NCBI RefSeq assembly: GCF_009914755.1
Contig: NC_060939.1
Length of the DNA: 64,000 nt
Strand: one strand, 5' to 3'
Origin: the human T2T-CHM13v2.0 reference genome, Homo sapiens
The stretch's first letter is position 1. The number at the start of each line of letters is the position of its first letter. The translations under genes were made by a program, and so were the position numbers. The notes beneath the pieces are model-generated. The model saw only the letters and a list, made by a program, of their open reading frames with translations, searched no databases and was not told where the DNA came from. Positions 13,921 to 31,429 of the stretch are shown piece after piece.

Positions 13921-14673
13921 AATGTTAAGTGTTGGTGAGGATAAGAAGCTAGTGGAACTATGAACTGGCACAACCACCTGATAAATATGTTGGCATATTC
14001 TACTAAATGTGTACCCACATACCCTAAGTTTTCAGCTGTTCTACTCTTTGCTATTATACTCAAGACAAATAAATACTTACGTTCATCAAAAGTCAAATAT
14101 AAGAATGCTCACGACTGCCCAATTCCTAATAGCACTCACAAGAAAACAATTCAAATGTTGATCCAAAAAATATGTAAAGACATTTTAGTAAAATAATTCA
14201 AAAAATTCTATATAGTAACAAAGTGCAGCTGTACATGACATCATGGTTAATCTCATATAATGTTGAGTGAAAGGAGATGCAAAAGATCATATTAACTGAT
14301 TTATATTAATTTTAACAAAGGCACTTGTCTGTGGGATTAGAAGTCAGGAGAGTGGTTATTTGAGAAAAAGAGTTGCTAAGATGAGACACAAAGGGAAACT
14401 TTTGGAATGCCAATAATATCATATTTATTGATCTGAAAATTGTAAAAATTTATTGAGCTCCACACTCATGATTTGGGCAATTTTTATTTATTGCTTTTCA
14501 TAAGTCTATCCAGTTTTGCTTCTTATATATTTTCAAGCTCTATTGTTAAGTGTACACATGTTTAGGCCTGCTATGTCTTCTTCATAACCATTTTATCATT
14601 ATGAAATGACTGTATATATGGTAACATTGTTTCCATGAAATCAACTTTGTCTGCTGTTAATATAGTCACTCCT

Positions 14674-14966
<293 letters not shown>

Positions 14967-15223
14967 TTTTTTTGTCACTCTTATTTTCTTTTAGTCAGTG
15001 TTAGTAGCATACAAATTATTTCATTGTTTGATTACTTTACTTTTCATCTATTTGCTTATTTATATTTAAAACATGCTTCTTATTGGCAATATCTAGTAAG
15101 GTCATGATATCTTATCCAATCTAACTATCTCTACTTTTTAATTAAGTGCTTAGATAATTGACACTTAATGTGATTATTGATATAACTGTAATTAAAACTG
15201 GTATCTTGCTACTTGTAAAAAAA

Positions 15224-17542
<2,319 letters not shown>

Positions 17543-18871
17543 TGTTCCATCTGTTATTCTGCTTCTCTCTTTCTGAATTTTAATTGAATATTAGTTTATG
17601 GTTATATCTTTTTTGACTTATTAGTCATGATAACTTGTGTTATTACATTAGTGGTTGCTTTGGAGTTCACGTATCTTTACTTATATATCTTTAACTTGTA
17701 AGAGTGTAAGTTCAAGTGGTACTACATAACTTCTCATACAGTATAAGAATCCTACAAAAACATACTTCCATTTCTCCCCTCCAGAACTTTGTTCTATGGC
17801 TGTCGTACATTTCACTATTGCATATTTTAGAAACCCTGCAATTTCATTATCATTTTGGATTTAAGATTTGTGCAAATTTATATGTATATTTACTCCAGTA
17901 CAAATTTACTAAAAATAAAAATTTTAATATATATCTAAAGTCAAAATAAATGTTATTAAATATTCATTGTAATGAAATTTTTTTAAAACTCCTAAGCACA
18001 ATTAGCACATACTTAAAATTGAATCATAGAATCACAATGAAAACCCTGAAGGTTAAAATGAGTGGGTTGCTAACAAAATAGTACTTGAAGGAAATCAGTG
18101 GCCCTAGCTACCCTTATCAGAAAACAAATCAGTTCTGAAACAAAGGAGCCAAGAATTGAACTCAAGATGGAAGAAATAGAAATGAGTAAATTTAAAAAAA
18201 GAACCAGACACAAATGATGAACATGTAATCAAAAATGAACAGAATAGAGAAAGAAATCAAAAAATGTAAAAATAAAACTACAGCTTGGTTTACAAAGACA
18301 AGATAGACAAACTTCTGACAAGTATGATTAAGAGAAAAGAAAGATTAGAGTAGCTATAATGATAAAATCAACAAAAGTTTTTAAAGTCTTGGAAAGGTAC
18401 TATGAAATATACATGATTGAATGCATATGACATGAATTAATTTCTGAAAATAAATTAACAACCGGATTATGAAGAAGAAAAATGAAAATCAACTAGACTC
18501 GATTTTTAGTATACTTAAATAGGATTCCAAGGCTTTCCCTCCATAGAAGAAAGGTTTTAGGAGATACGACTTTATATCAAACATGTAAAAATGAAAAATT
18601 CAATAATATATATGTTATTGTGGCCATGGAGAAACTCCTGCTGGTGGGAGTGAGACATGAAGCCAGGGTTTTACAAAATAGTCTAGCATTTTGGAATGAA
18701 ATTAAGTATACATGTGCATGCTGTATCAAATCTGGGTAAATAGAGCTATACAGTTTATACGAAACAAGTTACAAAATTATCCCAAGCAACATTGTTGGTA
18801 GTAGCAAGAAATTATAGACTATTAATGGGTCCATTAACTAGGAAAATATATAAGGAAAAAGTTATAAATTC

Positions 18872-18940
18872 TGTATTAGGGTTCTCTAGAGAAACAGAAC
18901 CGGTAGGATTTAGATATAGATAGGTAGATAGATGATTGAT

Positions 18941-18985
<45 letters not shown>

Positions 18986-19481
18986 TAGATAGATGATAGA
19001 GATGATGGATGATATAGATAGATATAGATATAGGTAGATGATAGATAGATGGATAGATAGATAGATGATAGATGAAAAGAGAGTGAGAGAGGCAGATAAA
19101 ATGAAAGAGATAAATTCTAAGACATTGGCTCATACAGTTGTGGGAGCTGGCAAGTCCAAATCCCACAGGACAAGGCAGAAGCTGGAGATTCAAGTAAGTG
19201 TTGATCTTGCATACTTGAGTGTAAAAACTAGATTCAAGCAAAATTTCTATTGTAGACTTGAGGCAGAATTCCTTCTTTGGGAAACATCTGTCTTTGCTCT
19301 TCAACAGATCAGATGCGGTCCATCCATGTCATGGAGAGTGATCTGTTTTACTTAAAACCAACCGATGTGAATGTTAGTCACACATTAAAAAATAGTTTTG
19401 CAGCAACATCAAGGCTAGTATTTGACCAAACAATTGGTCACCATTGTTTAACCAAGTTGACACATAAAATTAATCATCACA
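18872..19481 (-). mobile_element. ERV-L LTR, MLT2D-like
   Basis: tgtattagggttctctagagaaacagaacc ... caagttgacacataaaattaatcatcaca. Confidence 0.8.
18912..19075. repeat. Compound (GATA)n microsatellite inside the MLT2 LTR
   Basis: About 10 pure TAGA units at 18941-18984 plus degenerate units. Confidence 0.95.
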
Positions 19482-20642
19482 TATGCCAAAGATTACTATT
19501 TAGCAATGAGAAGTAAAGAGCTACATTTTCATAGAGCAATGTAGCAGCATTTCAAAATGTTAGTGAAATAAGAAATTGAATGGAATAACAAATAATATTT
19601 ACATAAGTTAAACATGCAGCATATAACACTGAACACATCTATGCACATATGTGTGTATACAGAATGAATTAAAACGGTATAGATTGTTGAAAATAAAGTG
19701 CATGTCTAGAAGGAACAATACAAAGGCAATTGGGCACAAAAAGAAAAAACATGACATGAAACATTAGAGGTGTTATACATGGTCTGATGATAAGGGCAAT
19801 CAATCTAGTAATTAGGAACTAAGCAGTATGATTGTCTCCATTCTGTGCGTGTGGGATCTGAAATCAAGTCTAAAATCTGAATTCAACACACTGAAAAATA
19901 ATCTATTTTTATATATTTTATTCAATATTTTAATACCTTGAAATTAAAGGACATTCAGTGAATGTGGTAAATATATCTACTAAAATCCTACAGAAAATTT
20001 TACTCTTTAATGCTGAGTTCAGCCATTTCCTCTATCATCACATTGTAGTGAGGGGCCTAGCCACTAATGCAGAAGAAAAAATTTCAATAAAATATGTAAC
20101 ATTTGGGAAAAAGTTAAAATCTTCTCGTTTTTCTCAGATAGAGGTATGTCAACAAAGTAAAATCTCAGGGAATCCATAAAAAATATTTAGATATACTGTG
20201 AGAATTTGGGAAAAAATGTTAGATTAATATATAATGGAAAATATCAATATATAAAAATTAATCACATTACTATATAGCAGCAGCAAACAATCAGAAAAAC
20301 AATTTAATCAATTACATATAAAACAGAAGAAAGAAATCAGGTAATCATCCTGTAATATATTTAACAAAAATTTGAATGATCTTTCAGAGTAAAAATATCA
20401 AATTTAATTAAAGAAGCTTTTCCAATTTCAAAACAAATGTAGATTTATCCCTTAATAAATGAGAAGAATCAATATAATGAATCATCAATTCTTGTCGTAT
20501 TAATCTATAAGTTAAATGTTAATTCAATTAAAATGTTGAAAGATTTTGTTTTCTTGGATTTTAAGAGCTTAACTCTAAAATTCGTATGGAATAATAAAAA
20601 ACCTAGTACAGTCAATATAACTCTGAACAAAAACATGTTTGA

Positions 20643-20957
20643 GGCCAGGCACGGTGGCTCACACCTATAATTCCTGCACTTTTAGAGGCCAAGGCAGAAG
20701 GATCACTAGTGGCCAGGAGTTCGAGACCAGCCTAAGCCTCATGGCAAGACCCTTGTAACTTAAAAATAAAAATAAAAAATTAGCCGATTGTGTGTCATAC
20801 AACTGTAGTCCCAGCTACTTGGGAAGCTGAGACAGGAGAATTGTTGGAGCTAAAGAATTGGAGGCTGCAGTAAGCTATGATTGTGCCACTGCACTCCAGC
20901 CTGGGTGATAGAGCAAGATCTTGTTTCTTAAAAAAAAAAAAAAAAAAGAAAAGAAAA
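20643..20957 (+). mobile_element. AluJ-like SINE
   Basis: ggccaggcacggtggctcac ... gagcaagatcttg plus A tail. Confidence 0.9.
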
Positions 20958-20974
20958 TGAAAGATGGTAGAATG

Positions 20975-21114
20975 GGACTCTCCTTTGCATTGTATTAATG
21001 GAATATTCAACAGTGTCCCTGGCCACTGCCCCTACAGGTGTGATGATCGAAATGTCTCCAGACATTGCCAAATGCCCTCTGGAGGGTAAAATGTCCTCCA
21101 TTGAGAACCACAGA
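20975..21114 (-). mobile_element. MER20 fragment with internal deletion
   Basis: aaatgtctccagacattgccaaatgccc...ttgagaaccac. Confidence 0.7.
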
Positions 21115-23185
21115 GTTAAATTAATTAAAACCATTTGATTTTAGCATAGGTATAGACAAGAAAAATAATTATAAAGAAAAAGAAACATGAATCAGACCTA
21201 CATTCATAGAAATTTGGTGTATATGCAATGGTAGTAAATTTAACAGGAAAAAGTTTAGTATAAGGTTCTGCAACAATTAGCTGTTTATAGAAAACAATTA
21301 ATGAAATAGATTTCTGTGCTATACACATAAATCTATTGATTAAAAAACTAAATGTAAAGACTCAGTTGAAAAGCTAAAGCAATATATAATTTTTTATCAG
21401 CACTTTCTATAAATCGATCTTAGAAAAATTTCACAAATGTATTCAAAGGGATAGTTCAGAAGATATTCATTTTGGCACAGATTGTAATAGCAAAAGCATG
21501 AAAACAATTTTACTATCCATTATTAAGACAAATAAACTTTATGTTTAATTCAGTGGGACACTATGTGTCTGTTAAAATGAATTAGCTAGATTTAAAAATA
21601 TCAATATGAATAAGCCTCAAAAATATAATACCACAAGAAGGAAGCAAATATTGCAAAGTATACTTACAGTAAGGTACCATATATTTGAAATGTTAAAACA
21701 CTCAGAAACAATAATATATACTGTTTATAGTTGCCTACAAATGTAGTAAGTACACAGAATCCTGAGAGAAAATATTCCCTTTCTGGAAATGGAGGGACAA
21801 AAAAGGATGATGTGAGATTTCAGTTACAGATGTACTTAAGTCGTTAATAACAAAAAAGACTTCTGAAGCTAATGTAGCAATAGTTTAGTATTTATTAATC
21901 TTTGTTCATCAAACATAATAATCTTATTGCTCTCTGTTTTTATATGTGGAAGTGTGTTCATAAAAAAGGTATTCTTGTCCAATTGATTAAAGGTATTTTA
22001 ATATTTAGTAAAAAAAATTAAATCTACTTATACAAACACAATAAAATGAGTAGTTCAACATCCAGTTCTGTACCTAAGAACCCAAATGCATGCCTTTCAT
22101 TTCCATGCTTCTTCTAAAAAATGTCCCTGCCTGGAAATGGGTGTTCTCTGGTTTGACCAGAAGTGGTTTCACATTTCTAATATGGACTGACTTGCAATAT
22201 GCACTTTCCATTTTCTGTTTCTTACTTTGAAGAGTGTTTGCTTATGAGATCATCATTACAACACACACAAACACCCAAAGTCTTCTTTTTTTCTTTGATT
22301 TGTTATTTGTCAGGAGAGATGAATTAAAATTTAAGCTCCCTATTTCAGATAACTGGTAAATCTACTCTGTTTTTCTTTCCTGTTTATTAATGAGCTTCTG
22401 TCACTTTTTCTCTCCTTTCTTACTCTTTCCTTCTTTTTCTCTCCTCAACACATTCATCTCTGTGCTCATTTGCTTCAATACCCTTTCACAAGACTTATCT
22501 TTTTCTTCTAAAGCCAAAATAATGATGCACATTATTCTTATCTGAGTTTCTCTCCACTTCTCTATTTCCAGGTCAGATTTAGCTTAACAAGTGGATCATT
22601 GATTGGATGTTTACACAGCCACATTGGATCTTTATTGCTCTGTTCATTTGTCTTGTTCAGGGGAAATGGGATTAGCTCTTCTTTAATTGTGTCATCTCTA
22701 AAGATGCCCACCAACTCTTTTAAGGTTTCGGGTAAATGTGCAGCGCATAATATTTCAAAATATTTTTTAAATAATTCAACTGAAGGCCTTTTGCTTCTTT
22801 AACCTTTCTTTGTTGACTTGAAAACAAATGAAAATGTAACAAAAATGCAGGGTACTACTTATCTTGCTTTCCGCACAGTCTGACTCAACATTTTCTTAGT
22901 TGTTAAAAAGATGTAGACACAGGATTGGAGTTGATAGTTGATGGCTCTTAGTTTTTATTCTATTAGGGAGCTACTTCTAGATCTTATACCCATTCAAGCT
23001 CTTATCACTCTATTTTATAGCTTTTCTTTCCTTGTACAACTTATGCTCATATCTATAAACTACAGGTAATTCCATATTATTTAGAAATATAAATTATCTG
23101 GTTGAAATGAGCCAAATCCACCACTCTTGTTTTATTTTCATAGGGTAAGGATCAGATTCAAGTAGAGCTTGACACAAGAGAAAGT

Positions 23186-23975
23186 CATTATCAAAAAGTC
23201 AAAACATTAGTGTTGTCAAAGATGTAAAGAAAACAGGACCCTTATATATTCGGTAAGGATGTAAATTAGTACAGTATAGAGATTCAACAAAAAATTAAAA
23301 ATAGAACTACAAAATCATCCAGAAATCCTAATACTGGCTATATATCCCCCCCAAAAAGAAAGAAAATGACCATCCCCAAGAGATATCTGCACCCCCATGT
23401 ACACTGCAGCATTATTCAAAATAGCCAAGATATGAAAACAATCTAAGCATCCATCAATGGACACTTAGCCATTACTCAGCCATAAAAAAGGAATCTACCA
23501 TGTCTGAAAACATGGATGAACCTGAGTGACATTATGCTAAGTGAAATAAGCCAGACAGAAAAACAAACGCTGCATAATCTCACTTATATGTAGAACCTAA
23601 AATAGTCAAACTCATAGGAACATGGGATAGAATGGTTATTGCCAGGTGCTGGAGGTTGGGGCAGATGGGGAGTGGTTGGTTAAGGGTCTCCAAACTTTCA
23701 GTTATAAGACGACTAAGTTCTAGAGACTTAATGTAAAGCATGATGACTAGAGTTAATAATACTCTATTGTATACTTGAAATTTGCTAAAAAAGTAGATTT
23801 CAAGTGTCCTTATCCCCACACTCCCACAGACAAATGGTAACTATGTGACATAATAGACATGTTAATTAGCTTGATGTGGTTATCATTTCACAATACGTAT
23901 GTGTTATCAAATCATCATGCTGTACATTTAAATGTTTACAATTTTTGTCACTAATACTAAATAAAGCTCAAAAAA
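23186..23975 (+). mobile_element. L1MA-type 3' end
   Basis: gacattatgctaagtgaaataagccag, ttgtatacttgaaatttgctaa, aaataaagct. Confidence 0.8.
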
Positions 23976-24133
23976 GGGAGTCATTGCTGCAACCTCTGTT
24001 AGGAGTACTTATAAATCTACCCAGGCTTTAGAAAAGAAAAAAAAAGCCAATGAGGGTCCACTCTGCAGCTCTACTGTAGGATTTCTGAAAAATTGGTCAG
24101 TATAATGACAACCCTATCACTGTGGAGACTAAG

Positions 24134-24581
24134 TGCTATGCCAAACTTCTACCGACTTCAGTGGGGAGGGCACCAGATTCAAGGGTCTGAAGAAGAGACC
24201 CAGAGCCAGCAAACGAGACCTGGGGCTTCATTGAGGTTACACACAGGGGAGAGGGTCCAGTGGTGGTGGGATGAACAGGAGAACTGCCACCACTTGGAAA
24301 GGCATGCAATCTATACAGTATTTTTACTTAGAACCCTTTCCCTGACCACCTCCATTTGGCAACATTCATTCAACCCAAAACTCAGGACCTCGATCCTCTG
24401 TATCTCCCATGTTCTGTGGGTCAGGCCGGGGGCTCAGATGTTTCTCATAGACAGGAATGAATCTCTAGTTTAGCCACTCCTGGATTCCCTAGCTCTAGAG
24501 CACACATTCAGGTGCATCTGCCATACAGGGCCATTCTTAGGGTATGCCTAAGATATTGCCTCTCAGGTGCATTTACCATCA
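24134..24581 (-). mobile_element. ERV-L LTR, LTR47-like
   Basis: Reverse complement starts ...atggtaaatgcacctgagaggcaatatcttaggcataccctaagaatggccctgtatggcagatgcacctgaatgtgtg. Confidence 0.7.
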
Positions 24582-25442
24582 CCTAGGATAATCTTGATTC
24601 AGCATTCCTGAAGAGGGCAGTGAAGGCAGTAGAACAGCCAGGGCTACTAAATAGAAGGGCCTGAAACTGACTTTATAGAGTAATGTCCGAAAAGCCTGGA
24701 TGTGAGGATAAATAATCATTTCTCCCCACAAAACACTAAACAAATCTCTTGTGATGTATTGGCGAGTTCTTATTTGCAGTCATATGATGTTACTATTTTC
24801 TATTACAAATTGCAAATTCAATTCTCAAATTCAATTATCCTGGAGACAGCCAACCAATAAGTTTAGCAGTGTTTGAAAAGAAAGACAAGTTGCACCCAGG
24901 TTTATAAATACACATGTAGACACAAAAGTGTTAAATGTAAGCCTCAGCAAAATTGAAAATGGGCAATTTCTAGATCCAGATTGGGCCAGAAGTGGGAGAG
25001 AGGATTTTTGGTGGAGAGACATAAGAGACTCCTGGATCTGTGTGTTTTCTGGAATAGCATTTCCAAATGATTCTCCAGGAAGGACACATTTTTTATTATC
25101 ATTCACAAGGCATTAACATGTCTAAGATTCCAAAAATTCTTAAAGAAACATCTTTTTTTTAATCATATGTCTTTAAAAGAAAAAAATCTCTTTTTACTTT
25201 GTTTACTATCATGCCACATATTCGTTTCACCACAAAACACTTTTTTTAAGAATTCTTATTAATAACACTTCTTGGAAATTTTGCTTCATAAAGCTCTCCT
25301 AGGGAGACAATGATGCAGAGTAAATAAATTTCAGGTTATGCAGGACATACCATTGAATATAAGATTTACACCAGAAGATATTTTCTTTCCATGAAAAGCC
25401 ACAAACATTTATAAAACATATTTCGAGGCAGGTCTATTTAGG

Positions 25443-25615
25443 ACCTTGCTATTCAAAATATGGTTCTTGGAAAAGGAAGGTTAGCATCACTGTGGATCTT
25501 GTTAGAAATGTGGAAACTCTGGTCCCACCTCAGAGCTATTGAATGAGAATCTTGCATTATCTGCAACATCCCCAGCTGATTCCTGTGCACAAAAAGTTTG
25601 AGAAAGTCTATTGTA
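25443..25615 (+). mobile_element. MER5-family hAT MITE
   Basis: agcatcac...cttgttagaaatg...aaagtttgagaa. Confidence 0.7.
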
Positions 25616-26727
25616 GAAGACTCAAACTTCTAAAGTTATGAATATCACACATTTCTGCATGTAAATTAGAAAACACAAACTAGAAACATGTAATTAAGGT
25701 TAATTGCACTTATCTTTTAAAACGTGACGATTAAAACGTGAGCATTAACCAATTGCAAAGCATAAACAATGATATTAAAATATCATGTAAGCCTTGAATA
25801 GGTGACCAGTTTGAATTCATATATATCAGCATCAGATCTGGATCTAAATAACTGGATAAGAATATATTAGGAAATAAGGAGAATGACAAAAGCCATGGAC
25901 AACCTGGCATAAAACCACAACTCTCGCTTGATTAACACAAAACAATTTGCTAGTGAGTAGAGAAAGACATTTAATGGCATGAATGTGCCACGGCTACATT
26001 GACACGTAGTATACAGAATCCTCAGTTTACTTACACTCTTCTAATAGTGCCAAATGTCAAGTTTAGAAATATTCTAATGGTTTGAAAATATTTATTTAAC
26101 ATTTATTTATCACTGGTTAATTATATCATTTCAAAAATGCTTTCTTTGGATTAGTGCTGTCCTCAGATCAGTTAGACATAAACTTTCCAATCAAAGGGAA
26201 CATCATCTAGTATACTGGATGAATTATAAACAATCTACCACGTTGAAAGCACACATATTACAAAGTTATAGCAAGAAGTTTCAGGAAACATACATGACAA
26301 ATATTGGGTGTCAGAATATGATTAAGGATCTGGAAAAAGCTCAGTCTCATTATTTATCGGTGTATCCTCACATCACATCACTCGGAGTTAGTGTAGTCTG
26401 TAGGTTAGAGGGTGGAGTAGGAGACTCCCTCTCTTCCAAAGTCTCTGTGTTAGTCCTTTTTGAGTTACTGCCTTTCTCATTGAACCACTGTTCAATGATT
26501 TTTCTGAACAATGGTCCTCTGAAGGCAATAGCTTCCTAGTGGACGAGTGTCTGATTTTTCCCAGCACTACCTAGTACAGAGCTGGGCTCAGAGTTCATAC
26601 TTATAAAGCCAGAGATAAGAGATCTTGAAGAAAGAATTATGAGCGATTCAAGGGTAATACATTGGCATAATTTAAGAATAGAAAGCCAGCTCTGCAAGCA
26701 ATCAGACTAATGGAAGATCTGAGCCAG

Positions 26728-26731
<4 letters not shown>

Positions 26732-26784
<53 letters not shown>

Positions 26785-26800
26785 TGTGTGTTTGTGTGTG
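26732..26800. repeat. (CT)n(GT)n compound microsatellite
   Basis: Read directly. Confidence 0.95.
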
Positions 26801-26958
26801 ACTTCAAACAATTTGGAAGACTCGGTGTTATTATACTAATTTTACTTGAGTAAAGTTATACCTAGAGAGGTTAAGTTCACAGCTAGTCAGTGCTGGAATT
26901 AGGGACCAAACCTGGTTCTGCCTGACTGTAAAACTAGGACTCTTCAATCACTCTTTTG

Positions 26959-27222
26959 CAGGGTTTCTTAACCTCAGTACTATTGGCAATTAGTGCAGGA
27001 TAATTCTTTGTTGTGGAGGGTCCTGCTATGTATTGTAGGATAATTCTTTGTTGTGGAGGGTTATGCTATGTATTGTAAAATGTTTAGAAGCATCCCTGAT
27101 TGCTACCCACTAGATGTCAGAAGCACATTACCCACCACTACCCCCACTGTGATAACAAAAAATGTGTCCAGACATGGCCAAATGTCTCCTGGGAGAAAAT
27201 CATCCCTGATTGGAAGCTACTG
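26959..27222 (-). mobile_element. MER20, full length, with a 40-bp internal tandem duplication
   Basis: cagggtttcttaacctcag ... ccactagatgtcag ... tggaagctactg; duplicated units 26997-27036 and 27037-27076. Confidence 0.85.
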
Positions 27223-27372
27223 ATCTATTAATAGTAGGTCCGTAGGATCCTTAAAGTGAGCATGTTACAGTAAATCACCTCCTGAACATGAACCACTGAC
27301 ACAACCTTATTAATGTAGACAGCTTAGTGGGCTTGCCTATGGTCACTTCTGCTTCTAAAAGAAATAGAAATC

Positions 27373-28344
27373 TTTTTTTTTTTTTTAAATACTTTAAGTT
27401 CTGGGATACATGTGCAGAATGTGCAGGTTTGTTACATAGGTATACACGTGCAATGGTGTTTTGCTGCACCCATCAACCCATCATCTAGGTATTTCTCCTA
27501 ATGCTATCCCTCCCCTACCCCCCAACCCCTGACAGGCCCCGGTGTGTAACATTGCCCTCCCTGTGTCCATGTGTTCTCATTGTTCAACTCCCACTTATGA
27601 GTGACAACATGCAGTGTTTGGTTTTCTGTTCCCGTGACAGTTTGTTGAGAATAATGGCTTACAGCTTCATCCATGTCCCTGCAAAGGACATGAACTCATC
27701 CTTTTTTACAGCTGCATAGTATTCCGTGGTGTATATGTGCCACATTTTCTTTATCCAGTCTATCACTGTTGGGCATTTGGGTTGTTTCCAAGTCTTTGCT
27801 ATTGTGAACAGTGCTGCAATAAACATACATGTGCATGTATTTTTATAGAAGAATGACTTATAATCCTTTGGGTACATACCCAGTAATGGGATTGCTGGGT
27901 CAAATAATATTTCTGGTTCTAGATCCTTGAGGAATCGCCACACTCTCTTCCACAATGGTTGAACTAGTTTACAGTCCCACCAACAGTCTAAAAGCGTTTC
28001 TATTTCTCCACATCCTCTCCAGCATCTGCTGTTTCCTGACTTTTTAATGATTGCCATTCTAACTGGTGTGAGATGGTATCTCATTGTGGTTTTGGTTTGC
28101 ATTTCTCCAAAGGCCAGTGATGATGAACTTTTTTTTTCATGTGTTTGTTGGCCGCATAAATGTCTTCTTTTGAGAAGTTATCTGTTCATATCCTTTGCCC
28201 ACTTTTTGATGGGTTTGTTTTTTTCTTGTAAATTTGTTTAAGTTCTTTATAGATTCTGGATATTAGCCCTTTGTCAGATGGATAGATTGAAAAAATTTTC
28301 TCCCATTCTGTAGATTGCCTGTTCACTCTGATGATGGTTTCTTT
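27373..28344 (-). mobile_element. L1PA7-like 3' fragment (about 970 bp), left arm of a double-tailed structure
   Basis: poly(T), L1PA7-type 3'UTR, ORF2 C-terminus (ORF 27659-28102). Confidence 0.9.
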
Positions 28345-28758
28345 CCATCAATGATAGACTGGATAAAGAAAATGTGGCACATATACACCGTGGAATACTA
28401 TGCAGCCATAAAAAAGGATGAGTTCATGTCCTTTGCAGGGACATGGATGAAGCTGGAAAAACATCGTTCTCAGCAAACTAACATAAGAACAGAAAACCAA
28501 ACACTGCATGTTGTCACTCATAAGTGGGAGTTGAACAATGAGAACCCATGGACACAGGGAGGGAACATCACACACCGGGGCCTGTCAGGGGTTGAGGGCC
28601 TAGGGGAGGGATAGCATTAGGAGAAATACCTAATGTAGATGACGGGTTGATGGTTGCAGCAAACTACCATGGCATGTGTATACCTATGTAACAAACCTGT
28701 ACGTTCTGCACATGTACCCTAGAACTTAAAGCATCATCATCATCATAATAATAATAAA
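28344..28758 (+). mobile_element. L1PA7-like 3' fragment (about 400 bp), right arm, with (CAT)n(AAT)n tail
   Basis: Sense ORF2 end ([13 protein letters not shown]..) and 3'UTR fused directly to the left arm. Confidence 0.9.
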
Positions 28759-29014
28759 GGAAATAATAGACAGTTTTTCTTAGGTAAATTGTTTTTGAGG
28801 TCACTGGCAATAAGTGAAGGCCTTTAATTTTGCCCATCTGGGCCATGTTTCACAAATATTACTGAAAACGCCTTTTCAAAATAGCAATAAAGGCTAAGGT
28901 ATCAGGGACTCTGTAGTATTTTTTAATATAAAACAAAACAAAACAAAAATGTGAAAATAGCTGTAACAGAGCTTAAGGTCCAGTCTGAATTTAGGTGTGG
29001 GATTGAACCATTTC

Positions 29015-30771
<1,757 letters not shown>

Positions 30772-31429
30772 GGGATTGAATCATTTCAAACAAAATATCA
30801 GATTCTCTTTTATGTTGCAGAGTGGGGCTAGTAATATTGCCCAACTTCAAAGGTGAGGAGAGTCTCTTCCTGAACATGCAGAAAGAGGGTCACCCAAAAT
30901 CATTTGGAGTAGTGACAATGACATTGGATTTGGAGTCAGAAAGAAGGCCTAGATTACCTCCTCAAATGATTACCATCTCTTTGACCTTCTAGGGGCCAAT
31001 AGTCTCTGAGTTTCATATTTGAGCCTCAGATTTGTGTAATTGCAATAATAGTCTCTATCTCATAGAGCTAAGGTAATGATTAGATGGAATGTTCAGTGGA
31101 AAAAAACGACTTCTAAGCACAAATATGGCTTCAAACATTAAGCTTTGATTGCTCCAAAACTTACAATTAATTGCTTACATCGCATTTTGCAATGGATAGA
31201 AATGGCCAGGGGGATTATCGCATAGGGAAATAACACAATGCTCTTTCAAAGTTTTCTATCAAATTAAGACTCTTGGAAGCAAAATGATCTTAGGCCCCGT
31301 GACTACACCATGTAACTAAATTTGGTCTGATTTTCATCTTACCCTGGCATAAAAATGAGGGAAAGCAGACTCAATCAACTCTTCAGCCACCTCCCTTATC
31401 CCACACCATGATAATGGATTCAATATCTC

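Larger units (their letters stand above)
10980..14490 (+). mobile_element. Old L1M fragments (ORF1/ORF2/3' end) with nested MLT1, MER58A and MER96
   Basis: A-rich L1 sense-strand motifs (aaagggtcaatccac, ttctctgattacagtggaatcaagcta, tcaacatcattaatcatcag). Confidence 0.7.
17950..21965 (+). mobile_element. Very old L1M/L1ME fragments with nested MLT2, Alu and MER20
   Basis: A-rich degraded ORF2 and 3' motifs (gatagacaaacttctgacaag, aaaattcgtatggaa); boundaries approximate. Confidence 0.55.

Noticed and set aside
18876-19304. 142-aa ORF with (IYLS)n
   Set aside because: Translation of the (GATA)n microsatellite in an MLT2 LTR
23130-23150. tttcatag-g-gtaagg as a recursive splice site
   Set aside because: AG and GT are separated by one base and no host gene is evident
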